A stretch of 64,000 bases of DNA from Candidatus Culexmicrobium cathedralense (GTDB lineage: Archaea > Thermoproteota > Methanomethylicia > Culexarchaeales > Culexmicrobiaceae): positions 480,001-544,000 of the forward strand of contig JANZKC010000001.1 of NCBI GenBank assembly GCA_025061115.1. Reading direction: 5' to 3'. Within the stretch, counting starts at the first letter, position 1; every line of letters begins with the position of its first letter. Both the position numbers and the translations under genes were made by a program. This document shows positions 37,260 to 47,588 of this stretch, piece after piece. Under the pieces are notes generated by a model that was not told the DNA's origin, did no database searches, and saw only the letters and a program-made list of their open reading frames with translations.

Positions 37260-40013
37260 TCATCGACGCTGTTTCCTTGTGAAGGGAAGCGGCCTCATGA
37301 AAATCTCTGGCAGCACAAACCACGCTCCACTGGCGAGCAGTATGCATAGCGCCCAATCGTAGAGGGTTAATGGAACGGTGTCAAAGATCAGCTGCATGGG
37401 TGGGGCGTAAACTAGCATTATGGTTAACAGTATACCTACAACGTCCGCAATAACCAGTGCCTTATTTGTCAGGAAGCCTATACGGTACACCGAGTGCTTT
37501 TCAGACCTACAGTTGAAAACAACGAAAAGCTCAAAGAGCACTGCCTGGACAAAGGCAAGAGTCCTAGCCTCAACTACGCTATCCTTAAGCAAGTACATTC
37601 CAAGAAGGTAAGCTGCCATGGTGCCAACGAATTGAAGCAAAGCTGAAACCAATATGAACAGCTCCATTCCGCTCAAGATTCCCTCTCTAGGGCTTCTCGG
37701 AGGGCGCTCCATTATGTCCTCGTCAGGCGGATCTACGCCCAATGCTACGGCTGGACCCCCATCAGTAACAAGGTTTAGCCATAAAATCTGGAGAGGAAGC
37801 AAGGCAGGCGGCAAACCAGCAAGTATGCATGTGGTTATTACAGCTATCTCATCGAAGTTGCATGCCAATAGGAATCTTACGAACTTCCTAATATTATCGT
37901 AAATTGCCCTCCCATCCCTCACAGCCCTCACTATCGTTGCAAAATTGTCGTCAGCCAAAATCATGTCAGAGGCTTCCTTGGCTACATCCGTACCCTTAAT
38001 GCCCATAGCAACTCCAATGTCAGCCAGCTTGAGGGCTGGAGCATCATTAACTCCATCGCCGGTCATCGCAACTACGTGGCCTCTCCTCTTAAGAGCTCTA
38101 ACAATTCTAACTTTATGCTCCGGCGAAACCCTCGCGAAAATCGGCACCTTCTCAACATTTTCAGTCAATTCCTCATCCGACATTTTATCGAGGTCAGCTC
38201 CAGTTAAGACCTTGAAGTTATCGCCCTCAACCAAGCCGATCTCCTTAGCAACTGCAATTGCAGTAAGCTTATGATCTCCAGTTATCATCACAACTCTTAT
38301 TCCGGCTTTCCTGCACTGCTTAATAGCATCCTTAACCTCATCCCTTGGAGGGTCGATCATTCCAGCTAAGCCCACGAAAACAAGCTCGGTTTCAACCTGA
38401 TCCGACTCAATAAACTCGAATTGAGCTGGAAGCTCCCTATAAGCCATCGCTAAAACTCTCAATGCGCCCTCAGCCATCTCCCTAAAGATTCTCAGAATCC
38501 TCTCCTTATCAGCGTCGGTTATAGGCCTAACGGAGCCATTTTCAAAAATGAATTTCGACCTTTCAAGTATAACTTCAGGCGCTCCCTTAACGTAAGCTAT
38601 GAGCTTGCCATCCCTACTTTCATGGATAGTAGTCATCCTCTTCCTGCTCGACTCGAAGGGAATTTCATGTCTTTTAGGGTATTCTTTCAATAGCCTGTGC
38701 TTCCAAAGCCCAGCCTTGGCTGCAGCAACCACAAGCGCGCCCTCAGTTGGATCTCCGAGAACCTTCCACTCCCCATTCTCCTTAACCAGATCAGCGTGAC
38801 TGCAAAGAAGCCCAATTCTAAGCAGAAGCTCCAAATGCGGATCTTCAAGCGGATTCACATTTACTCCATCAACGAGAAATTCGCCCTCAACTTGATATCC
38901 AGCCCCAGTAACCTCAACGAGCTTACCATTAACGTAAATTTTCCTTACAGTCATTTCATTCTTAGTCATCGTTCCAGTCTTATCAGCGCAAATAACGGTT
39001 GTGCAGCCTAGAGTTTCAACTGAGGCCAGCCTCCTAACAATGGCATTCCTCTTAGCCATGTCCTTAACTCCAAGAGCAAGCGTGATTGTAACTACTGCAG
39101 GCAAGCCCTCTGGAACAGCCGAAACAGCCAATCCAACGGAGGTCATAAACATTAGAATGGGGTCGACCCGCCTGAATAAGCCTAAAGCGAAAGTGACGAT
39201 GCACAAAATGATGATTAAAGCTCCAATGCGCTTTCCAAATTGATTCAACTTGCGCATTAAGGGAGTTTCTTCCTTCTCAACCTCCTGAACCATAGCTGCA
39301 ATCTTACCCATCTCAGTGTTCATTCCAGTTGAAACCACAACGGCCTCGCCATAGCCGGTTGACACCAAGGTGCCCATAAACACCATGTTCTTCCTATCAG
39401 CCACCGGAGTGTCGTCAGGAAGTATGATTGCAGCGTTCTTCCTAACTGGCACGGACTCGCCGGTCAGCATTGCTTCATCAACCTTCAAGTCAGTGCAAGT
39501 AATCAGCCTTGCATCGGCAGGCACTCTATCTCCAGGCTCAAGCACAATTACATCTCCAGGAACAAGCTCCCTTGCAAGCACAGTGAACTCACGTCCACCC
39601 CTTCGAACTCTAGCCCTTGGAGCAGCCAACTTCTTAAGCGCCTCAAGCGCTCGCTCAGCCCTATACTCCTGAATAAACCCCAAAACGGCATTCAAGATCA
39701 CAATGGCCATTATCGCCATGGAGTCAACGTGCTCTCCAATTGCAGCCGAAATAATTGAAGCAACGATCAGTAGTGCAACCAGGAAGTTCTTAAACTGATC
39801 AATGAAAAGTCTAATAGGAGATACCCTGGCCCTTTCGACGAGCTCATTGAAGCCGTATTTCTCAAGCCTAGATTTAGCTTCAACGTCACTTAACCCTTCA
39901 GCAGTTGTACTAAGTGCCCTAAACACTTCATCAATGCTCATTGAATGCCAAGGCTTACCTTTAGCCACAATATTTCCCCGCCGCAACTCGCCTACAACAG
40001 GCTCAAACTTCAT
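37260..40013 (-). CDS. P-type ATPase, type IIA (Ca2+-transporting-like)
   Basis: LTGES, PEGL, DKTGT, KGAPE, DPPR, TGDGVND, LWLNLVTDG. Confidence 0.95.
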   Translation of the reverse strand: MKFEPVVGELRRGNIVAKGKPWHSMSIDEVFRALSTTAEGLSDVEAKSRLEKYGFNELVERARVSPIRLFIDQFKNFLVALLIVASIISAAIGEHVDSMAIMAIVILNAVLGFIQEYRAERALEALKKLAAPRARVRRGGREFTVLARELVPGDVIVLEPGDRVPADARLITCTDLKVDEAMLTGESVPVRKNAAIILPDDTPVADRKNMVFMGTLVSTGYGEAVVVSTGMNTEMGKIAAMVQEVEKEETPLMRKLNQFGKRIGALIIILCIVTFALGLFRRVDPILMFMTSVGLAVSAVPEGLPAVVTITLALGVKDMAKRNAIVRRLASVETLGCTTVICADKTGTMTKNEMTVRKIYVNGKLVEVTGAGYQVEGEFLVDGVNVNPLEDPHLELLLRIGLLCSHADLVKENGEWKVLGDPTEGALVVAAAKAGLWKHRLLKEYPKRHEIPFESSRKRMTTIHESRDGKLIAYVKGAPEVILERSKFIFENGSVRPITDADKERILRIFREMAEGALRVLAMAYRELPAQFEFIESDQVETELVFVGLAGMIDPPRDEVKDAIKQCRKAGIRVVMITGDHKLTAIAVAKEIGLVEGDNFKVLTGADLDKMSDEELTENVEKVPIFARVSPEHKVRIVRALKRRGHVVAMTGDGVNDAPALKLADIGVAMGIKGTDVAKEASDMILADDNFATIVRAVRDGRAIYDNIRKFVRFLLACNFDEIAVITTCILAGLPPALLPLQILWLNLVTDGGPAVALGVDPPDEDIMERPPRSPREGILSGMELFILVSALLQFVGTMAAYLLGMYLLKDSVVEARTLAFVQAVLFELFVVFNCRSEKHSVYRIGFLTNKALVIADVVGILLTIMLVYAPPMQLIFDTVPLTLYDWALCILLASGAWFVLPEIFMRPLPFTRKQRR

Positions 40014-40130
40014 TATTAAAGTAATCTATTTAATGTTTCACTCACTCTTAAAAGCTGAAGCACCTAAAACCTTTTCGAATTGATTTAATAGCCTGAAAAA
40101 CGAAAGTAAATTGAAGCGGGGAGAGCCACA

Positions 40131-40982
40131 ATGCCAATAGAGCTTAAGGAGGGTGAACAACTAGTAGAGGAAATAAAGCCCCATCCGCTGGCATTCATCG
40201 ACCTGTACTTGATATTCATATATCTCCTCGCAATAAGCGTAGCATTCCACATCTATGGAGATGAGATTGCGAGGGCAGCTGCCAGCATGCCAATAATAGG
40301 TTTGCTTGTGCAAGTAGAAGAGTATTTAACCCTAACTTCATGGGCGCTATGCATAGTAATTCCGTTCCTAGCAGTATCAATATTAAAGGTTAGGTGGAGA
40401 TGGCTGTTTTTCAGCTTAATTATCGTAGCTCTAGGTGTAGCCATGAAGTTTAAGCTAAACCTGCCAGAGTACACCTCAACCGCACTCTTCGGAATAGCCG
40501 GACTATCACTAATTAACGCGTACAGAAAGGGGCACACCTACTACATTACAAATCAGAGAATAGTGACAGAGCTCAAATTCATAAAGCACAAGCAGAGAGA
40601 AATAAGCTACAGCAGGCTGACGGACATAATAGTGGCAAAAGGAGTTATAGGCAGAATATTCAACGTTGGAACCATAATACCCATAACTCCATCTGGAATG
40701 GGGCTTGGAGAAGACTTCGCTTTAGCCGGCGTAGGAATGCCAGGAAAAGCGGCCGCAGGAGTGACGATTGGAGTTGCTGGAGGAAAGGCCGTGAAAGTAC
40801 CCAGAGGCAGAAGTCCATACGTGCTATTTGGAGTGAAGAACCCCCTTAGAATCAAAGAATTAATTTCAAAATATGCTTGGGAGCGCGAAGAATCAACCAT
40901 CCTGAGGAAAATATCTGAAGACATAGAAAAGCTGGTGGAGAAAGTCGATAAGGAAAGTGGAAGCGTAGATGAAAACGCTTAA
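40131..40982 (+). CDS. Membrane protein with bacterial PH (bPH_2) domain
   Basis: N-terminal TM helices; YYITNQRI...I.Y.....I...GVIGRIFNVGTI. Confidence 0.75.
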   Translation: MPIELKEGEQLVEEIKPHPLAFIDLYLIFIYLLAISVAFHIYGDEIARAAASMPIIGLLVQVEEYLTLTSWALCIVIPFLAVSILKVRWRWLFFSLIIVALGVAMKFKLNLPEYTSTALFGIAGLSLINAYRKGHTYYITNQRIVTELKFIKHKQREISYSRLTDIIVAKGVIGRIFNVGTIIPITPSGMGLGEDFALAGVGMPGKAAAGVTIGVAGGKAVKVPRGRSPYVLFGVKNPLRIKELISKYAWEREESTILRKISEDIEKLVEKVDKESGSVDENA

Positions 40983-41163
40983 AAACCAACCATAACCGAA
41001 TGCCGCCAAAGCTCTTCCAGTTACCATTTTACCCACTGATCGCCATAAAGGAATGGGTGTTAAGCATCCAAGTCATTTCGAAATCACCCTCTCAAGACTA
41101 ATTAAATGAGGGGGAAGCGCAGCTTGATAGTACCCCTTAAAAGGTCATTCAACCATAGCTGAC

Positions 41164-41598
41164 ATGGGTGAAAGCATGGTTGCAATATCCCAAACTGGTA
41201 GGTTTATCGTTGCTAGATTGCCGAAAGATGGAGACCTAATGGAGGAAATATTGAAAGTAGCAAAAGAACTCGACATTTCAGGAGGATGCCTAATGATAAT
41301 AGGAGCCCTCTCAAAAGCAGTGTTCGGCATATACACCGGGAAGGAGTACAAGAAGATCGAGCTTCAAGGCCCGCTCGAAATACTATCATGCATAGGAAAC
41401 ATCGCAGAGGCCGATGGAGAGAAGGTGGTGCACGCCCACATAACAGTGTCAGACTCCCAAGGCAGGGCATTTGGAGGACACCTACTAAAGGGATGCATAA
41501 TCCACCCAACCGCAGAGCTAGTGATCATTGAAGGAGAAAACTTGAAGCTCAAAAGAAAACTGGATCCAGAAACTGGATTAAAGCTCCTATCAACTTAA
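41164..41598 (+). CDS. PPC/DUF296 domain protein
   Basis: IGAL, EILSCIGN, HAHITV, GGHL. Confidence 0.9.
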   Translation: MGESMVAISQTGRFIVARLPKDGDLMEEILKVAKELDISGGCLMIIGALSKAVFGIYTGKEYKKIELQGPLEILSCIGNIAEADGEKVVHAHITVSDSQGRAFGGHLLKGCIIHPTAELVIIEGENLKLKRKLDPETGLKLLST

Positions 41599-42107
41599 CT
41601 GCTCCCCTTAAAAGTCGACAAGGCGCCGAGAAGGAACATCACGATAGTCTTGGGATAGCCAGTCCTATCGATCAAATCATCAACATCAAGTTCAGGGCTT
41701 TCCCTGAGCAACTCAACTATCCTAACAGCCATGTCGCAGAACGCATCCAAAGCCCTACTTGAATATTGCTTAGCGAAGCTTAGAGCGGAAATAGCAGCAT
41801 CAGGTAAACTTTCAGAGGAGCTAACTCCATCAACTGAAATTACGCCTTGAGAATCAAATCTAATCGCCTTAAACCTCTTACTTTCCATCCAATCTCCCCT
41901 CTCCACTTCGATGAGAACCATGAACTTTCCGCGATAGTTGCGAAGCATGTACTTCTTGGCAGCGCCGAAAAGCGAAACTCTTCTTAACGCGCCATTAACC
42001 CTCTTCACCAGCAGAACCTCACCATCATCAACATTGTAGGCGAGAAAGTACCCCTCATCAAGAAACTTAAAGAGGTCGGCAAGCGTACTTATGGATTCAC
42101 ACGACAA
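41595..42107 (-). CDS. Hypothetical protein, possible C-terminal HTH
   Basis: 170 aa; IVELLRESPELDVDDLIDRTGYP resembles an HTH. Confidence 0.6.
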   Translation of the reverse strand: MSCESISTLADLFKFLDEGYFLAYNVDDGEVLLVKRVNGALRRVSLFGAAKKYMLRNYRGKFMVLIEVERGDWMESKRFKAIRFDSQGVISVDGVSSSESLPDAAISALSFAKQYSSRALDAFCDMAVRIVELLRESPELDVDDLIDRTGYPKTIVMFLLGALSTFKGSS

Positions 42108-42229
42108 GCTACAGCCCTCACAGGAAAATCAGAAGCACCAACTTAAAAATAGCTCGGATTAAGCGAAAAAGAAATAATCATTGGCTTTCAACCTAATGGC
42201 AGACTTACGCTTTACTGCGGTGGACGGAA

Positions 42230-43231
42230 ATGGGAAAGACATGCTACTACTCATTTTCCTCAAATTTACTTCCAAGCCTCTTCAACCTACTATCAGAAGA
42301 ATATACCATCATAGGGCCGGTGGAGAAAAACGGCAAAACAATATTCAGCCAAGTTGAAAGCTACAAGCAAGTTAAGCTGAACTACATTAGAACAATACTT
42401 CCACCCAAAAAGTATCTTCAGCCTCCCCGCGAAGAGCTCATGCGCTTTAGATACGGGGAAAGTCAAGTCGAAGTCATTGAAGAGGCGCCTCAAGGCAAAA
42501 TGGCGTTTTTCTGCCTTCACCCATGCGATGCAAATGCCCTAATAGTCCTAGACAGAATATACGGCGAGGACTTTCAAGACGATTACTACTTCAAGAGGAG
42601 GAAAAACTCATTCATAGTCGTGCTTGACTGCGCAGAAGGCGACGAATACTGCTTCTGCGAAAGCGTTGGGGCAGATAAGCCATGGGAGGGCTCATATGAC
42701 CTATACATCACCCCAATAGAGCTCGACAAAGCAGCCATAAAAGCAGGTTCAAGAAAGGGGTTAGAAATCATAAGAAAGCTGGGCCTAAAGAAAACCGAGC
42801 CGCCAAAAGTAACTGGCAAGAAAAACCTCCAAAAGCTATCAGCCAAAGACATTGAGGCTCTCGAAGAAAAAATCGACAGTCCAGCGTGGAAGAACGAAGC
42901 AAAGCCATGCCTATCCTGCGGAACGTGCACCCAAGTTTGCCCAACATGCGCGTGCTTCGACGTAATGGACATGTTTACAACTCCCCTCAAGAACGGCGTG
43001 CGATTTAGAACTTGGGATTCATGCATCTACTCCGAATTCACCAGAATAGCTGGAGGAGTAGTCTTCAGAAAAAATAAAGTTGACAGGTTCAAGCATCGCT
43101 ACTACCATAAATTCGTCTTCATCAAGAAAAAACACGGATTTTATGGGTGCGTCGGCTGCGGCAGATGCATTGAAGAATGCGTCAGAAAAATAAATCCAGT
43201 CGAGGTGATCAGGAGAATTGCAAAAAGCTAG
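42230..43231 (+). CDS. hydB: Group 3b [NiFe] hydrogenase (sulfhydrogenase) beta subunit
   Basis: LPPKKY, HPCD, CLSCGTCTQVCPTCAC, WDSC, CVGCGRC. Confidence 0.9.
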   Translation: MGKTCYYSFSSNLLPSLFNLLSEEYTIIGPVEKNGKTIFSQVESYKQVKLNYIRTILPPKKYLQPPREELMRFRYGESQVEVIEEAPQGKMAFFCLHPCDANALIVLDRIYGEDFQDDYYFKRRKNSFIVVLDCAEGDEYCFCESVGADKPWEGSYDLYITPIELDKAAIKAGSRKGLEIIRKLGLKKTEPPKVTGKKNLQKLSAKDIEALEEKIDSPAWKNEAKPCLSCGTCTQVCPTCACFDVMDMFTTPLKNGVRFRTWDSCIYSEFTRIAGGVVFRKNKVDRFKHRYYHKFVFIKKKHGFYGCVGCGRCIEECVRKINPVEVIRRIAKS

Positions 43232-44054
43232 GGCAAGGAGCCTATACACCCCACGCCCGGCAAGAATAGCTGAAATAATCGACGAAGCCCCGGGGATAAA
43301 GACCTTCAAATTAGAATTCACTGACAATCTCCACGAAAAATTCGAGTACACTCCTGGGCAGTTCATTCAGCTTTCAGTCTACGGATTCGGCGAAGCCCCA
43401 TTCGCAATATCATCGCCTACAAGCTTAACCGAAGCAATAGAAGTTACAGTGAAAGCCGTTGGAAGAGTAACTAGAGCCCTATTCAACCTGGATGTTGGAA
43501 GCCCAGTCGGCGTGAGAGGACCATATGGAAATGGATTTCCAATAAAACTGCTTGAGGGAAGAAACGTAATTCTCGTAGGAGGAGGAACAGGGCTGAGCCC
43601 CCTAAGACCCCTAATATGGCATCTATGCAGCAATAGAAGCAAATTCGAAAGGGTAGTTCTCCTATACGGAGCGAGAAGCCCAAAAGACCTGCTATTCCGA
43701 AGAGAGTATGGCGAGTGGGATAAAAGCATCGAAATTCACTTGACGGTTGATTTCGCAGATGAAGCATGGGGAGGCAGCGTAGGGGTGGTAACCGACCTAA
43801 TAGACATCGTGAAAATACCAGTAAAAAACGCAATAGCAATTGTGTGCGGCCCGCCAATCATGATGAAATTCACAGCTCTAAAGCTAATGAAACTTGGATT
43901 TAAAAAACATCAAATATATGTCAGCTTGGAAAGGCAAATGAAGTGCGGAGTCGGCAAGTGCGGGCACTGCATGCTCTCAAATGGAAAGTACGTCTGCATT
44001 GATGGCCCAGTCTTCAGGCTCGATGAAATACCATTCAAGGAGGTTGAAAGTTGA
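43218..44054 (+). CDS. hydG: Sulfhydrogenase gamma subunit (FAD/NAD(P)-binding)
   Basis: PGQF, GEAPF, RGPYGNGF, GGGTG, CGPP, CGVGKCGHC, CIDGPVF. Confidence 0.9.
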   Translation: MQKARARSLYTPRPARIAEIIDEAPGIKTFKLEFTDNLHEKFEYTPGQFIQLSVYGFGEAPFAISSPTSLTEAIEVTVKAVGRVTRALFNLDVGSPVGVRGPYGNGFPIKLLEGRNVILVGGGTGLSPLRPLIWHLCSNRSKFERVVLLYGARSPKDLLFRREYGEWDKSIEIHLTVDFADEAWGGSVGVVTDLIDIVKIPVKNAIAIVCGPPIMMKFTALKLMKLGFKKHQIYVSLERQMKCGVGKCGHCMLSNGKYVCIDGPVFRLDEIPFKEVES

Positions 44055-44812
44055 AGGGCAAAGTGAAAATTAACTTCTACAGCTTAGCTGGCTGCGAGGG
44101 ATGCGCAACCCAACTAATAAACTTGATTTTCAAAAGACCTGACATACTACAATACATCGACTTCAAGCACTTCAGGCTAATAGGAGTAAGGGAGTCAAGA
44201 GCATGCGACATAGCCCTAGTAGATGGCTCCATAACAAATCGCAACGACGAAAAGAGAATCATGGATATTCGAAGAAAAGCAAGGACTCTAATCGCAGTGG
44301 GCACGTGCGCAGTGCTGGGAGGCGTTCAAACGGCAATTAATGAATTAAATGTAGATGAAGCTCTCAGCAAAACCTACAGGAAAATTCCTAAAGCGGTAAA
44401 AATAAACAAAGTTAAGCCCCTAAGGGAAGTAGTCGAAGTCGACTACGAAATTCCAGGATGCCCCCCTGAAGTTGAAGAACTGGAAAAACTGCTAATAGAA
44501 CTAATATCTGGAGCAGCCTTCAAGCTAAGCGAGAAATCCGTGTGCTTCGAGTGCAAATTGAGAGAGACCCCCTGCCTCCTCGATAAAGGGATAATGTGCC
44601 TTGGACCAATAACTAAAGGTGGATGTAATGCTAAGTGCCCAGCACTTGGAGCTCCATGTCGAGGCTGCAGGGGATTATTTGAAGACAGCGAAATTGAAGA
44701 ACTCATACGCACAGCCATAGAGAAGGGAATTAAACCCTCCGAAATCGAAGGCAAACTTTCAATCTTCATGATTAAGGAGGCTAAAAGGCTTGATAAGGCA
44801 ATTGAAAGGTAA
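44051..44812 (+). CDS. hydD: Sulfhydrogenase delta (small) subunit
   Basis: GCEGC, GTCA..GG, PGCPP, CFEC, CLGP.T.GGC.A.CP...C.GC.G. Confidence 0.92.
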   Translation: MKGKVKINFYSLAGCEGCATQLINLIFKRPDILQYIDFKHFRLIGVRESRACDIALVDGSITNRNDEKRIMDIRRKARTLIAVGTCAVLGGVQTAINELNVDEALSKTYRKIPKAVKINKVKPLREVVEVDYEIPGCPPEVEELEKLLIELISGAAFKLSEKSVCFECKLRETPCLLDKGIMCLGPITKGGCNAKCPALGAPCRGCRGLFEDSEIEELIRTAIEKGIKPSEIEGKLSIFMIKEAKRLDKAIER

Positions 44813-46058
44813 GGAGATCCTAAGAATAGAGGGTCATGGAGAATTAGTTGTAAAGATAAGCGAAGAAGGCATCGAGAAGGTGGAGTTCAGGGTACTTGAG
44901 CCCTCAAGGCTATTCGAAGCATTCATGGTAAACAAGCCAGCCAAGGAAGCGCCATACATTTGCAGCAGAATCTGCGGCCTATGCGGCTACTCCCACGCAA
45001 TGTGCTCAGCCAAAGCAATTGAAAACGCACTAAACATGGAAGTTCCAGAGGAAGCTTCAGCTCTAAGAGAAGCAATAATGATGCTAAGCACTGCAGACAG
45101 CCACCTACTACACGTATTCGCATTATCCCTACCGGACTTCATCAAGGTAAAAACCTTCATTGAAGCTGCATCAAAGCTTCCAAGGCAATTTAAGGAGGCA
45201 TTCGAAATCAAAAATGCGATCTGCCGCACCCTAGCGAGAATATGCGGCAGCTCAATTCACCCAGTAAACGTAGTTCCAGGCGGATTTACATCTAAAATTG
45301 AAAGAAAAACTCTAATTGAAATTTCAAGGGAACTTGAAAGGGAAGCATCAAAAGCAAAGCAACTAGCAGAAGAAGTAATTGCACTATTACTCCCAAAAGA
45401 GCAGCTCGAAAGGAAAGGCGATTATGGAGCGCTCAGCGGCTACAACTACCCATTCTACATTGGAGAAAGCGCAGTAATAGGCGGAGAAGAAATTCCAGCA
45501 CCTAAATTCAAGGAGAATGTCCGAGAAATAGAAGTTGACTACTCAACAAGCAAGAAAGCACTATTCAAAGGCAAAAACTACATGGTCGGAGCGCTTGCAA
45601 GACTAAACACGCACTACAGCCAACTAAGCGAAAATGCAAGGGAAATCGCAGACCAGCTGGAATTGAAAATCCCAACTACAAATCCATACTTAATACCAGC
45701 AGCGCAGCTCATTGAAGTCGTAAACTGCCTCGAAAAAGCATCCGAAACCATGGAGAAGCTGCCACCCATAAAACCAGCTGAAAAACTAAGCGAAAAATCA
45801 GGAATGGGAAGCGCAATCGTTGAAGCTCCAAGAGGGCTACTATACCATGAATATAGGATTGAAAGCGGAAAATTGGCGGAGGCCGACATAATAACTCCAA
45901 CCGTACAAAACATCCCAGATATGGAGGAGGCCGTCAAGCAAGTAGCTGAAAAGTTCATAAACTGCAGCCTAAACAGCATCAAGGAGAAGTGCGAAGCAGT
46001 TTTAAGGTGCTACGACCCCTGCCTATCATGCTCCACCCACGTCATTAAGTTAAAGTGA
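44790..46058 (+). CDS. hydA: Sulfhydrogenase alpha (large, NiFe) subunit
   Basis: RIEGHG, L1 RICGLC, EAPRG, L2 DPCLSCSTH followed by a short C-terminal extension VIKLK. Confidence 0.93.
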   Translation: MIRQLKGKEILRIEGHGELVVKISEEGIEKVEFRVLEPSRLFEAFMVNKPAKEAPYICSRICGLCGYSHAMCSAKAIENALNMEVPEEASALREAIMMLSTADSHLLHVFALSLPDFIKVKTFIEAASKLPRQFKEAFEIKNAICRTLARICGSSIHPVNVVPGGFTSKIERKTLIEISRELEREASKAKQLAEEVIALLLPKEQLERKGDYGALSGYNYPFYIGESAVIGGEEIPAPKFKENVREIEVDYSTSKKALFKGKNYMVGALARLNTHYSQLSENAREIADQLELKIPTTNPYLIPAAQLIEVVNCLEKASETMEKLPPIKPAEKLSEKSGMGSAIVEAPRGLLYHEYRIESGKLAEADIITPTVQNIPDMEEAVKQVAEKFINCSLNSIKEKCEAVLRCYDPCLSCSTHVIKLK

Positions 46059-46098
46059 AAGTAAGTTAAATTAGCTTCAAATCACCTAAGTTAATTGA

Positions 46099-46152
46099 CC
46101 GATGAAGAGTACTTCCGGCGCGGAGAGGTGAAGAAAACTTACCCGGCTGAGG
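46099..46152 (+). ncRNA. Box C/D methylation-guide sRNA
   Basis: CC-G-ATGAAGA(C)-GTACTTCCGGCG-CGGA(D')-GAG-GTGAAGA(C')-AAACTTACCCGG-CTGA(D)-GG; two 12-nt guides. Confidence 0.82.
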
Positions 46153-47148
46153 CTAATCCCCCAAAAACTTCGCTTCAACGCCCAATTTTTTCCTAACCCA
46201 ATCCGCAAATGGCTTAGCAAAATACCCAACCGCATATACAGCACTAGGCTTGGACTCCTCAATGTAACTAACGAGCTGAGGGAAGTCCGCATGGCTGCTA
46301 AGCGGGAAAGTTGCATCAAAGTTCTTGAATGGATATAGGAGCGCCCAGCCAGTCGATATAGCTTTAAGCATGTCATACTTCTCCGCAATTCTAAGTGTAG
46401 CCTTACTTGAAACGACTGCTGGAAGCGCATGGCTTTTAAGAGCTTCAAGCCCCTCCCCAGACGACATGCCAATACAGTTGAAATTGAAGCCGAATTCCCT
46501 GTAAACCCTATTTACCCTCTCAATTTGATCGTCAACTAGAACTTCAACATCAAGCCAGCTATTCATCAATGCAATGAGCTCCTGCGCCTTACCAATGGGG
46601 TATGCGAGGAAAGCTGGAGCCAAACCGGACTTTAACGAAGACTCGACGAAGTCAGCAATTTCCATATAAACCTCATGCCTATCTGGAAAAGCCATTTTCG
46701 GATGCCCATAGGTTGCATCTATGATTAGCTCCTCACACTCCAAAGGCTTAGCAGGCTTAGTTATTAGAGTCTCCTCCAAATTCAAGTCACCAGTATAAAC
46801 CATCGTCGAAGACCTATGCTTGAAGAGAAATTGAGAAGACCCCAAAATATGGCCTGAATCATAAACTTCAACATCCAAATTGCCGATAGAGAAGCGCTGA
46901 GAATCAAGAAACGCAGGAAAAACGTTGGCCAGCTTCCTACCGCTCTGAGCCTCATAAAGCCTAATGGTCAAGTAGGAGGCAATTTTAGGCTTTCTCGACC
47001 TAAAGCCGGCAATGTGATCTCCATGCGCATGACTTATCAGAATGAAGTCGCCCTCAGCAGACCGGGACATGGGGTCAAGTGAGAATGAGAAGTCCTCAAG
47101 TATGAGGAGGATTCCCCTGAACCAGAATAAGCTCCAAGGCCTACGCAT
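46153..47148 (-). CDS. Metallo-beta-lactamase/beta-CASP nuclease
   Basis: SHAHGDH, GHILGS, YTGD, DATYG, GKAQE, LSSHADF. Confidence 0.88.
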   Translation of the reverse strand: MRRPWSLFWFRGILLILEDFSFSLDPMSRSAEGDFILISHAHGDHIAGFRSRKPKIASYLTIRLYEAQSGRKLANVFPAFLDSQRFSIGNLDVEVYDSGHILGSSQFLFKHRSSTMVYTGDLNLEETLITKPAKPLECEELIIDATYGHPKMAFPDRHEVYMEIADFVESSLKSGLAPAFLAYPIGKAQELIALMNSWLDVEVLVDDQIERVNRVYREFGFNFNCIGMSSGEGLEALKSHALPAVVSSKATLRIAEKYDMLKAISTGWALLYPFKNFDATFPLSSHADFPQLVSYIEESKPSAVYAVGYFAKPFADWVRKKLGVEAKFLGD

Positions 47149-47190
47149 AACTGCACATAACTAGTTGTAAAGGTAAAATATGCTTTTCAG

Positions 47191-47559
47191 CTACTTCCCC
47201 TTAAACAAGTCGCTGAGAGGCTTGCGCTCCCCCTTCTTCTCATAGTAAATTCTGATTGGCATGCGAACAGGAAGACCAAGATCCAGAAACAGCCTATAAA
47301 GCGCATATCCATCAATAGGCTCCTTGATCCTCCCCTCCTCAACAAACCTCGCTAAAGCTTCAACTACCTTCCTAGTAGCCTCAGGATACTGCGCCTCAGC
47401 AGCCTTCAGGACATCCCTAGCCCTTCCAACAAGCATTTTGCTCAAAATTTCCATCGGATCTCTCCGCTTCTGCTCACTCCTCTTGGAAGCCATTAACCTA
47501 CGTAGCCTAGCTAGCTTTCTCAACTTGAGCAGCTCTAGCTCCAAGTCCTCGTCGACCAT
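47191..47559 (-). CDS. PDCD5/TFAR19-like DNA-binding protein paralog
   Basis: DEDLELELLK.RKL, RARDVL..A..QYP, I...IDG..L. Confidence 0.65.
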   Translation of the reverse strand: MVDEDLELELLKLRKLARLRRLMASKRSEQKRRDPMEILSKMLVGRARDVLKAAEAQYPEATRKVVEALARFVEEGRIKEPIDGYALYRLFLDLGLPVRMPIRIYYEKKGERKPLSDLFKGK

Positions 47560-47588
47560 TCACTTACACCCGAAGTTTAATTGCAGCA

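Noticed and set aside
40930-41090. Minus-strand GGGTGA SD followed by a 15-codon ORF and then a short hydrophobic ORF
   Set aside because: Too short, overlaps the 3' end of 40131..40982, no recognisable motif; could be a gene remnant but unsupported
41106-41162. Possible C/D sRNA (ATGAGGG...TTGA...CTGA)
   Set aside because: C box is degenerate, no C' box, and it overlaps the likely promoter of the PPC gene
44790-46058. Selenocysteine in the hydrogenase or TGA read-through elsewhere
   Set aside because: All Ni ligands are Cys codons; the TGA stops I examined fall at natural protein ends
46086-46472. 128-aa minus-strand ORF covering the second C/D sRNA
   Set aside because: Alternative frame of the beta-CASP gene with no protein-like signature
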